Shown here in pieces: positions 26,535-37,860 of a stretch of DNA of 64,000 nucleotides. This stretch comes from an uncultured Planctomycetia bacterium (GTDB lineage: Bacteria > Planctomycetota > Planctomycetia > CAXEIY01), in contig CAXEIY010000203.1 in the NCBI GenBank assembly GCA_963996245.1, positions 174 through 64,173 of the forward strand. The letters are read 5' to 3'. Made by a program: the position numbers and the translations under genes. The number at the start of each line of letters is the position of its first letter. Position 1 is the stretch's first letter. The notes under the pieces were generated by a model. It saw only the letters and a list, made by a program, of their open reading frames with translations. It made no database searches and was not told where the DNA came from.

Positions 26535-28259
26535 ATGAGTACAGAATTCCATGACAGACCTGAACCACTTCGGAACCCTTGGATTTCCAGTTATCCAAAA
26601 GGTGTCTCTGCACATATCGACATACCCAGAATCCCTGCCTGGAAACCGCTTACGCAATCAGCAACTGATTTTCCAGACCGTATCGCCTGTCATTTTTTTG
26701 ACCAACAACTGACCTACAAAGAACTATTACTACAATCGCGTAAATTTGCCGAATCACTGGTTCAACGTGGTATTCAGCCTGGAGACCGTGTAGGCATTCT
26801 GCTGCCTAATATGCCCGAATATCTGGTTGCTCTTAACGGCATCTGGCTAGCCGGCGCAGTAGCGGTGCCGATTAGCCCTCTACTGGTGGCCAGAGAGGTG
26901 TCTGAACTGCTAGAAACCACTCAATGTAAAGTTATTGTTGCATTGGACATGTTTGAATCACTTATTGAACAATCTCGTTTTCTTCCAAAACATCTTCTAC
27001 TGGTGACCCTGCGAGACCGTCTTTCTTTCTGGAAGCAACTGGTCTACCCTCTTGCACGCTGGCGCCGTAACGGTCATTTTACTCCCGGCCGCCTTTCCAA
27101 CTGGGGTTGGTGGGAGGAAGTGCTTTCCAACACGGAACCTCTCACAAAACCCGTACCTCCAACACAGACACCTGCTCCGGCCGTACTGTTGTCAACCGGT
27201 GGAACAACAGGGCATTCCAAGACTGTTATGCTCAGCCACCGCAACCTTATAGCGAATACCACGCAAATGAGACATTGGGTAAATGTTGAACGTGGAACAG
27301 AAAAACTACTGGCTGTGCTGCCTTTTTTCCATAGCTTCGGACTAACCGTATGTGGCATGACCGCCATAGACTTGGCCACCACACTTATCCTGTTTCCAAG
27401 ATTTCATGCGCGATCCATTCTACAGCTGATAGACAAACACCAGCCAACTGTCTTTCCAGCAGTTCCTACGATGATTGCAGCTCTGAACCGGCAGTTAAAA
27501 CGTAGCGACACCGATCTATCATCGATCCAGTACTGCATTTCCGGGGGTGCGCCCCTGGATGCAGAACTCGCCCGGGACTTTCACCAACGATCCGGATGCG
27601 CCATCGCCGAAGGATATGGTCTCAGTGAAGCTGGTCCTGTGACACACGTCGGACCACTGGATGGAACCGCACGCACGGGAACCATCGGACTACCTTTGCC
27701 AAACACAGACGCTCGAATTGTCGATACCGAATCAGGAACGCGCGAACTCGAACTTGGAGAGGTGGGTGAACTCGTGGTACGGGGCCCACAGGTAATGAAC
27801 GGTTACTGGAACGATCCGGGTGAAACCCGTCGTGTCATTCGGGATCAGTGGTTACACACCGGTGATTTGGCTATTTGTGATTCGGACGGATTTTTCCGCA
27901 TCGTTGACCGTAAAAAAGATCTGATCATCAATAGCGGATTCAATGTCTTTCCGACGGAAGTCGAAGACATCTTACGACAGTTTCCAGGGATTTCTGACGT
28001 CGCAGTGATAGGTATTCCAGACCCGAAACGCGGTCAGCTCGTGAAAGCCCTGATCGTGCTGGAACCGGGAAATCAGCTTCGCCTCAAAGAACTCGACCGT
28101 TATTGCGCTGACCATCTGGCAAAATATAAACGCCCTCATCTTTATGAACAATTCAAAGGAACACTCCCACGGAATTTTCTAGGAAAACTCCTGCGTCGCG
28201 AACTTCGTGACTCCGGGTCCAATCCCGACCCAATGTCATTTGAATCCAGTGACAATTAA
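26535..28259 (+). CDS. Long-chain fatty acid--CoA ligase (AMP-dependent synthetase, FadD-like)
   Basis: AMP-binding motif LLSTGGTTGHSKTVMLSHRNL, GYGLSEAG, TGDLAICDSDGFFRIVDRKKD and a C-terminal KYKRP. Confidence 0.9.
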   Translation: MSTEFHDRPEPLRNPWISSYPKGVSAHIDIPRIPAWKPLTQSATDFPDRIACHFFDQQLTYKELLLQSRKFAESLVQRGIQPGDRVGILLPNMPEYLVALNGIWLAGAVAVPISPLLVAREVSELLETTQCKVIVALDMFESLIEQSRFLPKHLLLVTLRDRLSFWKQLVYPLARWRRNGHFTPGRLSNWGWWEEVLSNTEPLTKPVPPTQTPAPAVLLSTGGTTGHSKTVMLSHRNLIANTTQMRHWVNVERGTEKLLAVLPFFHSFGLTVCGMTAIDLATTLILFPRFHARSILQLIDKHQPTVFPAVPTMIAALNRQLKRSDTDLSSIQYCISGGAPLDAELARDFHQRSGCAIAEGYGLSEAGPVTHVGPLDGTARTGTIGLPLPNTDARIVDTESGTRELELGEVGELVVRGPQVMNGYWNDPGETRRVIRDQWLHTGDLAICDSDGFFRIVDRKKDLIINSGFNVFPTEVEDILRQFPGISDVAVIGIPDPKRGQLVKALIVLEPGNQLRLKELDRYCADHLAKYKRPHLYEQFKGTLPRNFLGKLLRRELRDSGSNPDPMSFESSDN

Positions 28260-28280
28260 TCACCAGAAAGCAAACTTGCA

Positions 28281-29597
28281 ATGAATACTCAAGTCTCACC
28301 TCTGGCAGTGGTAACAGGTGTTCGTACACCGTTCGCAAAAGCATTCGGAAAGTTGAACAGCTACTCTGCTGTGCAACTTGGATCCTTAAGTATTCAAGGT
28401 TTGATGAACAAAACTCGATTCCCCTGCTCTAAGGTCGATGAAGTCATATTCGGTAACGTTGCAAGCCCAGCCGATGCCTCCAATGTTGCACGTGTCATTG
28501 CACTACAGTCTGGCATTCCCGATACATCCATTGCTCAGACCGTTAACCGCAACTGCGGCTCGGGCATGGAGTCGATAATCGCCGCATGGCACGCTATTCG
28601 AGAACAGCGATCTGAGGTCATCGTTGCAGGTGGCACGGAATCCATGTCCAATATTCCTTTGCTTTTTCATAGAAATATGACGGAATGGCTTCTCACCATG
28701 AGAAGTCAACGTTCCTGGTTTGGATCGCTCAGAACGCTACTTCGTTTTCGGCCACGATTCCTAAAACCCATCATTGCTCTTGAATTAGGACTTACCGATC
28801 CCGTATCTGGTTTGAACATGGGACAGACGGCTGAAACTCTGGCAATGGACTTTTCTATTTCCCGAGAAGAACAGGATGCTTTCGCATTATCAAGTCACCA
28901 AAAGGCTCATGCGGCTCAACAGCGTTGTTTCCTGTCCGGAGAAATACTCTCTTCCGAGGATTCGGCGTCAGGTCTTTCCGGATTTGAAAAAGATGACGGT
29001 ATTCGCTCTGATACCAACCTCACAGCTTTGACACGCCTGAAACCCCGGTTTCAAAAACAAGATGGCACCGTCACTGTGGGCAACAGCTGCCAAATTACGG
29101 ATGGCGCTGCATCGTTACTCTTAGCACACCCACATCGTGCTGCTGACATGGATCTGGAACCTCTGGGTTATATTCTCGACTACGCTGTCGCTGGCTGTGA
29201 TCCGCGACGAATGGGCCTAGGACCTGTTTATGCAATCACGAAATTACTGAAAAAAACAGGCCTTACCCTAAAAGATATTGACCTGTTTGAAATCAATGAA
29301 GCCTTTGCTGCCCAAGTTCTGGCATGTCTAAAAGCTCTGAATTCAAAAACGTTTGCCCAAGAACAATTAGGCTTAACTCAAGCGCCGGGACAAATTGATA
29401 CCGATAAAGTTAATGTGCATGGCGGGTCAATCGCACTGGGACACCCAGTTGGTGTAACCGGAACAAGACTGGTGCTTACACTACTCAGAGCACTTCGGGA
29501 ACGCAGGATGCAAAGAGGCATTGCAACGCTCTGTATTGGAGGAGGCCAAGGAATCGCAATGCTGATCGAAACGGATTTACGATCGACAGAACATTAG
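28281..29597 (+). CDS. Acetyl-CoA C-acyltransferase (thiolase, FadA-like)
   Basis: Active-site Cys in VNRNCGSGMESI, then NEAFAAQVLA, GGSIALGHPVGVTG and CIGGGQG. Confidence 0.9.
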   Translation: MNTQVSPLAVVTGVRTPFAKAFGKLNSYSAVQLGSLSIQGLMNKTRFPCSKVDEVIFGNVASPADASNVARVIALQSGIPDTSIAQTVNRNCGSGMESIIAAWHAIREQRSEVIVAGGTESMSNIPLLFHRNMTEWLLTMRSQRSWFGSLRTLLRFRPRFLKPIIALELGLTDPVSGLNMGQTAETLAMDFSISREEQDAFALSSHQKAHAAQQRCFLSGEILSSEDSASGLSGFEKDDGIRSDTNLTALTRLKPRFQKQDGTVTVGNSCQITDGAASLLLAHPHRAADMDLEPLGYILDYAVAGCDPRRMGLGPVYAITKLLKKTGLTLKDIDLFEINEAFAAQVLACLKALNSKTFAQEQLGLTQAPGQIDTDKVNVHGGSIALGHPVGVTGTRLVLTLLRALRERRMQRGIATLCIGGGQGIAMLIETDLRSTEH

Positions 29598-29611
29598 AAG
29601 TTTGTGTTTTC

Positions 29612-31897
29612 ATGCCATTCATTCACTTTTGCAGGTTACCCATGGAATTACACTCAGGAATCAACTGGAAAACCAATCACGATCATCGAGGCGTTCTCAC
29701 CGTATCACTGAATATTCCCGATCATTCCGTAAACACTTTTAACCGTGAAGTTATGGAAGAGCTCCGTGAGTTGATCGATTCTCTTGAACCCCTGTGTAAA
29801 AGCACAGATCACGATACGACAACGACAGAACGCGTGATCGAAGCCATCGTTTTCAAAAGCGGCAAACCTTCTGGTTTTATTGCTGGAGCTGATATTAATC
29901 AGGTTGAGTCCATTACGTCACCCACAGAGGCTGAGGCCATTTCCCAAGCTGGACAAGTTCTCTTTCATCGCATATCACAATTGCCGGTTCCAACGATTGC
30001 AGTTATTCGCGGAGCCTGCCTTGGCGGTGGTCTTGAATTCGCGCTGGCGTGTGATTTCCGTCTTGTTTTTGACGATTCCAGTACGCGCCTTGGGCTACCT
30101 GAAGTACAACTCGGAATTTTACCAGCCTGGGGAGGAACGCAACGTCTGCCAAAACAAGTCGGTCTTCAAACCGCACTCGAAATGATGCTTAAAGGAAAAG
30201 ACCTCTCAGCGCGACAGGCAAAACAAGCTGGTTTGGTTGATCACTGCTGGTCAGATAAAGAATTTTCAGAAAAAGAGACACACTTTATCGACACGCTTCT
30301 GAAAGATTCCAGTTCACTGAAATCTCGATCGACCAGTGGAAAATCTCTGAAAAATTGGTTTCTTGACTCCACCGGATTCGGACGCCAATTGATCTTCAAT
30401 AGAGCGCAATCTGGGATTCAAAAACGCGACGCACAATATCCGGCTCTCGGAAAAATTCTTGAAGCAACCCGACAAGGTATCGTTTCCGGTTTTGAGCAGG
30501 GATTGACCTGTGAAAGAAAAGCACTGGGTAAACTATTGTTCGATTCCAGGAGCCGTAACCTCATTCGACTCTTCCTGCTAAGAAATCGTGCTCGACAATC
30601 AATCCAAATGGTTTCTGATTCCTCAAAAATAAAGCATGTCGGAGTCATCGGTGCTGGTCCAATGGGAACAGGAATTGCGCAATGGGCCGCCTTCAACGGT
30701 TTTAACGTAGTGCTGTGCGATATTGACCCCAACAAGCTTTCCGCAGCCTCTGTCACCATTGACCATCTGTTCAACAAAGCAGTACAACACCACTTCCTTA
30801 CTGCCCAAGAGGCGGACCGGAGGAAATCCCTGATTCAAACTGGGGTAAGTAGTGCCGATTTTCAGCCATGTGAGCTAGTCATCGAAGCGGTTTCTGAAAA
30901 ATGGGAAATCAAACAAACCGTACTCCAGCAACTCAACAGGCAACTTAAACCCGACACTCTTATTGCATCGAATACTTCTTCTCTTTCTATTAACCAACTA
31001 GCAGAAACCATTGCTCAACCCGAACGCTTTGCTGGGCTACATTTCTTTAATCCACCTCACCTGATGAAATTGATCGAAGTGGTCCAGGGTTCCGAAACGT
31101 CCGCTGAAACGATCGATCGCCTACGGTGTTTTTCCCGGGATCTCGGCAAGATACCCATTCTTGTTCAGGATAGCCCCGGCTTTCTGGTCAACCGAGTTCT
31201 TTTTCCCTATCTTGCGGAATCCATCAGACTGGTGGTGGAAGGGGTAAATGTCAAAACAATCGATACGCAAATGCGGCGATTTGGTATGCCGATGGGCCCC
31301 CTGGAGTTACTCGACTCAATTGGACTAGACGTGGCTGCAGACATCTCTCAGACGCTCTCCTCTTTTTCCACCGAAGCCACATCAACAATCGAACTGCTCC
31401 AAAAAATGGTGCAAAAAGGATGGGTCGGAAAAAAACAGAAGCGAGGTTTCTATTCTCACGAAACCAAAAAGCCCACAGTTAATCCAGCTGTTTCGACTCT
31501 GGCAGACTCCATTTCCGAAGTCCAGGGAGCATTCTCGAAACATCCTGTAGATGAGAATAACATTGAATCTCGACTGGTCTATCTGATGATCAACGAAGCA
31601 GCACGATGCCTGGGAGAAGAGATCGTCGAGGAAGCAGATATGATCGATCTTGCACTCGTGTACGGTACAGGATTTGCGCCCTTCACTGGAGGGCCACTCC
31701 GGTTAGCCGCCGACCTCGGTTTTCATACTGTTGTTTCCACACTGGACGCACTGCAGGACAGGCATGGAGAACGTTTTCAGGCCTGTTCGGTACTCCGAAG
31801 CCTTGCCGATCCCAGTATCCGGGTAACCGACCAGGACCAGGACTACCCTTTTGATCTGATGCAGTCCGTTCAGCCCTCAGAATCAAGGAGTTTTTAA
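29612..31897 (+). CDS. Fused enoyl-CoA hydratase / 3-hydroxyacyl-CoA dehydrogenase (FadB-like)
   Basis: Crotonase part FIAGADINQ...GACLGGGLEFALACD and an NAD-binding part VGVIGAGPMGTGIA...FFNPPHLMKLIEV. Its stop overlaps the next start (TAATG). An alternative ATG lies at 29642. Confidence 0.9.
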   Translation: MPFIHFCRLPMELHSGINWKTNHDHRGVLTVSLNIPDHSVNTFNREVMEELRELIDSLEPLCKSTDHDTTTTERVIEAIVFKSGKPSGFIAGADINQVESITSPTEAEAISQAGQVLFHRISQLPVPTIAVIRGACLGGGLEFALACDFRLVFDDSSTRLGLPEVQLGILPAWGGTQRLPKQVGLQTALEMMLKGKDLSARQAKQAGLVDHCWSDKEFSEKETHFIDTLLKDSSSLKSRSTSGKSLKNWFLDSTGFGRQLIFNRAQSGIQKRDAQYPALGKILEATRQGIVSGFEQGLTCERKALGKLLFDSRSRNLIRLFLLRNRARQSIQMVSDSSKIKHVGVIGAGPMGTGIAQWAAFNGFNVVLCDIDPNKLSAASVTIDHLFNKAVQHHFLTAQEADRRKSLIQTGVSSADFQPCELVIEAVSEKWEIKQTVLQQLNRQLKPDTLIASNTSSLSINQLAETIAQPERFAGLHFFNPPHLMKLIEVVQGSETSAETIDRLRCFSRDLGKIPILVQDSPGFLVNRVLFPYLAESIRLVVEGVNVKTIDTQMRRFGMPMGPLELLDSIGLDVAADISQTLSSFSTEATSTIELLQKMVQKGWVGKKQKRGFYSHETKKPTVNPAVSTLADSISEVQGAFSKHPVDENNIESRLVYLMINEAARCLGEEIVEEADMIDLALVYGTGFAPFTGGPLRLAADLGFHTVVSTLDALQDRHGERFQACSVLRSLADPSIRVTDQDQDYPFDLMQSVQPSESRSF

Positions 31898-33861
31898 TGC
31901 CGTCATCAACAACCCATACCAATGATCCACAAATGACACCATCGGAAGTATCCCTTGTGAGCGAAGAAGCCTCCTTTGCGGAAACCGCGCTGAAACTGAG
32001 TGGGAAAAGCGATGAAGAAGCGCGACGTACCGGTGCCGTTGACAAAGCAGATGAACAGGTAGAATCGCTTTTCGCTCCACGATATCAAACCATTAACAGT
32101 CCGATCCACCGGGCAGTCTGGGATCAGCAACTTTCAGCTGAACTATTTTCTGGACAAGATTCCTCACCGGAAGATCATCTTCAGGTTGTAATGGAACAAT
32201 CACTGGAAGTCGTTCGCAGACATCGCAAAGAAGAAACGCTTCTGGACGACAAGAACAAGATTCACCCTTCCGTTCTCCGTGAACTCGGTGAAGCCGGCTA
32301 CTGGGGAGTACTCGTGGATCGACACCACGGCGGTAGTGGAGCGCCCTTTGTTCACTTTGCGCAATTTGTAACTCAAATGGCCATGTGTGACCCTACAATC
32401 GCTGGTCTGGCATCTGTACATGGATGTATCGGTGCCGTTGACCCATTAAGATCTTTCGGAAATTCAGAGCAACAGCAGCGCTTCCTGCCTTCATTGGCTT
32501 CTGGAGAACGTTTGTCAGGATTTGCGTTAACGGAACCTTGCGCTGGGTCCGATCTTACGGCGTTGCGAACAACCGCTAAACTGGATGGCGACGACTACAT
32601 TCTGGATGGCGAAAAGCTTTTCATTACGAATGCCGTTCCTGGTAACACCGTTGCAGTGGTATGTCAAATTGAAGACAAACCGAGTGTCTTAATCGTTGAC
32701 CTTCCTGATGAAGAAAACGACCACTTTCAGGTAAAGCCATACGGGCTCTATCCACTCCATCATTTGTATAATCAGGGACTGATATTCCGTGGACTTCGGG
32801 TACCCGCATCAAATTTGATCGAACCCTCTCAAGGGGATGGTTTAACCGTTGCCTATCACGGACTAAACCGGGGGCGAATTGCGCTTTGCGCTGTTGCAGC
32901 CGGAACGATGCGCGTCATGATGGCCAACATGATTCCTTGGGCCAAGTTTCGCCGGACTTACGGCGCCCCCATCGCCCAATACGAATTGGTTCGTCGACGA
33001 TTAGGACACCTCGCAGGCTTGATCGTAGGTAGCGATGCGCTCGTAAACTGGTGCTCTTCTCTTCTGGACAACGGATATCGAGGTGAAATGGAATGTATTG
33101 TTGCCAAGATCTTTGGCAGTGAAGCACAAAAAGAGGCTGCCATTGACCTTTTCATGAAAACGCACGGCGGACGATCTTTCTTACATGGTCATCTCTTCGG
33201 TGATTACCTTTTTGACTTCCTCGCGCCCTGCATTTATGAAGGGGAAGGGGAGATGCTCGGCATGGCATTCTTCAAGTCACTGATTAAGCAGCATGCAAAA
33301 AAATATTTTGAACCTGTTGGAAAAACCTTACACCGTTCCGGAATCAAACAGATGAGCCTGTTAAACCCGCGACATATGTGGCAATTAAAAGGTCCTCTCG
33401 GACAATATGCCAAATGGTACATGTCGAACAAACTGAACCAAAAGTTAACCGGTCGTAAACGCATTCAACAACAACCAGCAATGTCCCCTGTCTTCAAACA
33501 ACATGTAGACTTCGCGACGGACTTCCTCGAACAATCCAAGTTCGACCTTTCAGCAATTATGGAAAAACACCAGCTCAAACTGGCTGATCGTCAATGCCTG
33601 ATTTCTGAAATCTCACAGCGTATTCAACAGGCTACTATTATTCTGTCCACCAGCCTGTATGCGACACATCGTGATGAAATAATCCAGTCCGCTGCGGATG
33701 TCCTTTGCCAGCAATTAACCCAGCAACTCAAGGGGCAGCGACCGTCTCACCGGTATTACCGTAAAGTTTGCGAACTTGGGGCCGAAATTGCCGATGGTGG
33801 CTTTCAATCGATTGCACATCTCGATCCACAAGAAATGCTTATGCCGTACAACAACCGTTAG
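31897..33861 (+). CDS. Acyl-CoA dehydrogenase with N- and C-terminal extensions (FadE-like)
   Basis: GFALTEPCAGSDL and GEKLFITNA motifs, with a C-terminal helical extension. An aaggag RBS lies 6 nt upstream. Confidence 0.85.
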   Translation: MPSSTTHTNDPQMTPSEVSLVSEEASFAETALKLSGKSDEEARRTGAVDKADEQVESLFAPRYQTINSPIHRAVWDQQLSAELFSGQDSSPEDHLQVVMEQSLEVVRRHRKEETLLDDKNKIHPSVLRELGEAGYWGVLVDRHHGGSGAPFVHFAQFVTQMAMCDPTIAGLASVHGCIGAVDPLRSFGNSEQQQRFLPSLASGERLSGFALTEPCAGSDLTALRTTAKLDGDDYILDGEKLFITNAVPGNTVAVVCQIEDKPSVLIVDLPDEENDHFQVKPYGLYPLHHLYNQGLIFRGLRVPASNLIEPSQGDGLTVAYHGLNRGRIALCAVAAGTMRVMMANMIPWAKFRRTYGAPIAQYELVRRRLGHLAGLIVGSDALVNWCSSLLDNGYRGEMECIVAKIFGSEAQKEAAIDLFMKTHGGRSFLHGHLFGDYLFDFLAPCIYEGEGEMLGMAFFKSLIKQHAKKYFEPVGKTLHRSGIKQMSLLNPRHMWQLKGPLGQYAKWYMSNKLNQKLTGRKRIQQQPAMSPVFKQHVDFATDFLEQSKFDLSAIMEKHQLKLADRQCLISEISQRIQQATIILSTSLYATHRDEIIQSAADVLCQQLTQQLKGQRPSHRYYRKVCELGAEIADGGFQSIAHLDPQEMLMPYNNR

Positions 33862-33955
33862 AAACGCTGTACGTCGATTTTACCGAGATTCGACAGCCCA
33901 AGATCATAGACGAAACCGAAAGTTGAGCTCCGCGTCGCACAAAACAATTGCAGAT

Positions 33956-35137
33956 CTAAGGCAAAATGGAAATTATTTCCTTTTGTGTTTCGCCGGTTGG
34001 CTGCGCACTCTGATGATCGACGTAACAGTTAATTTCACTGCGAACACCAAAAGAGGGGAAATAGAGCCCCGGCTCAATCGAAAACGCCACACCAGGGACA
34101 ATAGGACGATTGTCGTGTGATTCAAAACAGTCCAGATTCACACCATTTCCGTGCACTTCCTCGCCAATGGAATGACCGGTTCGGTGCAACATGGCGTCGG
34201 CATATCCCTGTTCAGAAAGATAATCACGTGTAGCCTGATCTACTTCCCAGCCAGCCAAGTTCTGACCCTCACGTATCTTTTTGTCAACCAGCGCTACGGC
34301 ACGATCCCGAGCGGCCTTTACAACCGAAAAGACGTTCTGGATTTCAGGAGGTACTGAGGAGCCACAAAATCCCACCCACGTGATGTCATAGTAAACCGAC
34401 CCGGGTTGATCGAGTTTCGCCCACATATCCATAAGAACAAAATCTCCTCTCGTGATTACCATGCTCGATTTCTGATCCGGACAATAGTGTGGGTCACTTG
34501 CATGTGCATTGACAGCAACCACGGGCCCTTCTGTCGACAGCAAACCTTCTTCGCGAAAACGGGAGCGAATAAAGTCTGCAATCTCCATCTCGTGAACACT
34601 CCCTGCCGTCTGAATGCGACGTCCTGTTTCTCGGAATGCCGCAGCGCGAATGGCATCCATTCGACGCCCCGCCTCTAGATGCAAAGCATACTGATGCTCT
34701 GTCCATCGCGCCTCAAAAAACTGGATAAGACTGGCTGAGCTGACCACTTCTATACCCATGCTTCGAATCAGATCAATGGTCCCTCCGTCTACAAGCGATA
34801 TATAGGGAATCATACCGTTCGGAGAATATTGCATTGCCACGCGTTTGGCATCACCCAGAATTGTGACTAACTGATGTTGCTGCTGGTCCCAGCTTGCATA
34901 CTCTTGATCCTCACCGGGCAGCGATTTCAGGACGTGGGGCTCAATCACATGACTTAACTTGCAAGGTTCACCTTGCGCGGGAATCCAGTAGTACCAGCGA
35001 CGTGTAACATGACTGGCAGCATCCAGAGAAAGGATCCGGTAAGCAATCGGATCCCGGTGATGATGGTCCATAAACAACCATCCATCGTACCCCTCGCGAT
35101 TTAACTGTTTCTGAATTTCCTTTATGTCCACTGACAT
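33956..35137 (-). CDS. M24-family metallopeptidase (Xaa-Pro aminopeptidase/creatinase-like)
   Basis: Pita-bread metal-ligand motifs DMWAK...DITW, HRTGHSIGEEVHGNG and SIEPGLY. The ATG at 35137 has an aaggag RBS; the track ORF starts earlier, at a TTG. Confidence 0.85.
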   Translation of the reverse strand: MSVDIKEIQKQLNREGYDGWLFMDHHHRDPIAYRILSLDAASHVTRRWYYWIPAQGEPCKLSHVIEPHVLKSLPGEDQEYASWDQQQHQLVTILGDAKRVAMQYSPNGMIPYISLVDGGTIDLIRSMGIEVVSSASLIQFFEARWTEHQYALHLEAGRRMDAIRAAAFRETGRRIQTAGSVHEMEIADFIRSRFREEGLLSTEGPVVAVNAHASDPHYCPDQKSSMVITRGDFVLMDMWAKLDQPGSVYYDITWVGFCGSSVPPEIQNVFSVVKAARDRAVALVDKKIREGQNLAGWEVDQATRDYLSEQGYADAMLHRTGHSIGEEVHGNGVNLDCFESHDNRPIVPGVAFSIEPGLYFPSFGVRSEINCYVDHQSAQPTGETQKEIISILP

Positions 35138-35458
35138 GACTCCTTCGTTCCACCTGTCACTTAACCACCAAACCTTGCCCTGCGTAAAACCCTTCATATA
35201 CCAGAACAAGGTGCTGGATGGCTACTGCACGCCATCCACTGGTAACTTAATCAAGCATCATAAGCAATCTGCATGCTGCAGAACCAACCAAACCACGGGA
35301 TCCGTAATGTTTAGGAAAGAACATACTTTCTTCGATTCCAGAAAAGCAAAAGAGCAGTCGACCTCTGTTACAGTCGATCCCGAATTACCGGTTACGCTTT
35401 TTTCCGTGACACATGTTCCAAGATCACTGGATGTGGATATCAGACCTGATATTTCACC

Positions 35459-35836
35459 CTAGCGAGCATCCGAACGAGGAAACAGCTGTGAAAAAACCAC
35501 AGCACGATCGCCGATCGAAAGAACACAAATCTCATTTATACTTGTAACGTAACCCACCTTCTCTCTGACTTTTCCATCTACCATGACCTGGATGGCCCCT
35601 TCTCCGGTTTCGGTCATCACAAAGGTGTGTGACCCCAGTGAGGGGAGGCCAAATGAATAGGACTGACCCGAAGGAAAAGATATCTCTATATCGTAATCTT
35701 CCGATGCGGTACTGGTTATATGAAAGTGACCCTCGTACATAAAGATTCGGTCGTAGAAACCACGTAAAATCCATGAGGATCCGGTGACCGCAATGATCAC
35801 AAACAGAACCACTGCTATCCAGGTAAGGCGTTTCAT
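35459..35836 (-). CDS. Small membrane-anchored hypothetical protein
   Basis: MKRLTWIAVVLFVIIAVTGSS is a signal-anchor, followed by a ~100-aa beta-rich region. No recognisable family. Confidence 0.5.
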   Translation of the reverse strand: MKRLTWIAVVLFVIIAVTGSSWILRGFYDRIFMYEGHFHITSTASEDYDIEISFPSGQSYSFGLPSLGSHTFVMTETGEGAIQVMVDGKVREKVGYVTSINEICVLSIGDRAVVFSQLFPRSDAR

Positions 35837-36087
35837 AATGTTACTCCCAAAAGCCTCGGCACTCACTTCAGCCGTCAAATTGGATGTTTGCTGATAGTCT
35901 AAAAAACGCTGGGTTCCGAGGTCGATATAAAATTGGGTCAGGAAGGACACCTCGAATTCCGTCACATGATCTGCCCGAATATAGACTGCCTTCTTGATCC
36001 ATATATCCTGTTCTTCCTATAATTGTTGTTAGTTAATCGATAATTCATGCGTGCCGTAATCGGTCTGAAAGAAACTAAGGATTTCTA

Positions 36088-37512
36088 GTGAAACATTACC
36101 AGGATGTTGAACATTGCCCGGGACCTCTCAACCGACGAAGTTGGATAAAACTCGGTGGGTTGAGTCTTGGTTCACTGATAACCGGCAGCAATCCCGGACT
36201 TGCACAAATACTGGCCCTGGAAAACCAGATCGGTCATCGGTCTAACAATTTCTCCGTTATCCTTTTCTGGGCCAACGGAGGTCCAAGTCACTTGGATCTC
36301 TTTGACCTGAAACCGGAAGCACCCACAGAATACAGAGGGCCTTTCAAGCCCATTTCCACCACGGTCCCCGGTATGGAAATTACCGAGATGCTTCCAAGAA
36401 TCGCTGCATTGGGTGAACAATTCACTCTGGTACGGAGCTTCCATCATGAACGGGTTGAACATTCCGGTGGAACCCATCGATTCTTAACCGGCTACGCATC
36501 CCGTCAGGCCAATCTCAAACATAGTGAATTTCCTGACCTTGGATCCATTGTTTCCAGAAATCTTGAACACCTTCAGAAAGACCTGCCTCTCTACATCGCC
36601 AATACCAAAGCCTATGGCAGCGGACCTGCTTATCTGGGAACCGCACATGCCCCATACATGCCGAACCCGAATCCTTTAACTTCAACCGGAAACAACTCCT
36701 ATGACCCGGTTCCTCTATACTCTGTTCCTGGTCAATCAGACAATTTGTCCATCACACTCAGCGAATCACACAAATTGCTTACTCGACGCGGGTTAATGCG
36801 TGCACTGGATACATTACCACGCCAGATGGAACGCAATCTAAACCTTCAATCACTGGACATTTTGCAGCAACGGGCATTAAACATGCTCACCAGCAGTCGA
36901 ACACGTGAGGCCTTTGATCTTTCTCGGGAAAACACCAAGACACGCAATCGTTATGGCAACACTCACTGGGGTAAAAGTCTGCTAACCTGTCGAAGACTGG
37001 TTGAAGCAGGGGTCCGGTTTGTACAGTGCCAAGCAACCTTTCGGTTACGCAAGGAAACCGGACGTACCAGCAACTGGGACGATCACTCCGTCAATTCCAA
37101 CATTTTCTCGGCTTACAGAGAAAAACTTCCATTTTTTGACGAAGCCGTGTCCGCCCTGATTTCTGACCTGTATGACCGGGGAATGGATCAGAACGTACTT
37201 TTTGTCTTTTGCGGTGAATTTGGACGCACCCCTATGATACGCAACCAAGATGTCAGTGGTCGACCCGGTCGCGACCATTGGTCCCGATCCATGTGTGTTT
37301 TTCTTAGCGGCGGTGGACTGAAGATGGGACAGGTAATAGGAGCCACGAACCGTCGCGCTGAGGAACCCGTTGATCGCATCATGGACAGTAATGATTTCCT
37401 GGCCACCATTTATAATCGATTTGGCATTGATAGCGCACAATCCTACGACGATCACGCCGGTCGCCCCATTCCCATTCTTACTAATGGCGCTCCGATTCCG
37501 GAACTACTTTAG
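36088..37512 (+). CDS. DUF1501 protein (sulfatase-fold, Tat signal), with no adjacent DUF1549/DUF1553 partner
   Basis: Twin-arginine N-terminus LNRRSWIKLGGLSLGSL, and CGEFGRTPMI...GRDHW, which is shared with the two other DUF1501 genes in the window. Confidence 0.85.
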   Translation: MKHYQDVEHCPGPLNRRSWIKLGGLSLGSLITGSNPGLAQILALENQIGHRSNNFSVILFWANGGPSHLDLFDLKPEAPTEYRGPFKPISTTVPGMEITEMLPRIAALGEQFTLVRSFHHERVEHSGGTHRFLTGYASRQANLKHSEFPDLGSIVSRNLEHLQKDLPLYIANTKAYGSGPAYLGTAHAPYMPNPNPLTSTGNNSYDPVPLYSVPGQSDNLSITLSESHKLLTRRGLMRALDTLPRQMERNLNLQSLDILQQRALNMLTSSRTREAFDLSRENTKTRNRYGNTHWGKSLLTCRRLVEAGVRFVQCQATFRLRKETGRTSNWDDHSVNSNIFSAYREKLPFFDEAVSALISDLYDRGMDQNVLFVFCGEFGRTPMIRNQDVSGRPGRDHWSRSMCVFLSGGGLKMGQVIGATNRRAEEPVDRIMDSNDFLATIYNRFGIDSAQSYDDHAGRPIPILTNGAPIPELL

Positions 37513-37788
37513 TCCGATGCCCAGCCAAATGGGTTTGCTTTGTCAACTTTCAAATCAGAGCGAACCGCCGCCAAAACACAAACCCAGGGGTTACCCTAGA
37601 TGTGTCATGCAAAGCAAACGTGAAGGCCTGAAATTAAACAGTTTTTCAGAATGGCTGGTGAGATCTAAGTGCCGGTTTTACCCGACATATCCTCTGGTGT
37701 GACTGCCCGCAACACACATGCGGTTTCACAATATTGTGTTCGGGCCCAAAGACACCGTGTAACCGGTGTAAAAGAACTTAATTAAGAG

Positions 37789-37860
37789 AGCGGGTGATGG
37801 GGATCGAACCCACGACAACAACGTTGGCAACGTTGTGCTCTACCACTGAGCTACACCCGC
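37789..37860 (-). tRNA. tRNA-Gly (anticodon GCC)
   Basis: The reverse complement is GCGGGTGTAGCTCAGTGGTAGAGCACAACGTTGCCAACGTTGTTGTCGTGGGTTCGATCCCCATCACCCGCT, with anticodon loop TTGCCAA. Confidence 0.9.

Noticed and set aside
26187-26657. ORF 26187..26657(-), 156 aa, in the crcB/fadD intergenic region.
   Set aside because: It overlaps the start of the acyl-CoA ligase gene. It has no RBS or recognisable motif, and its codon composition is atypical. Most likely non-coding.
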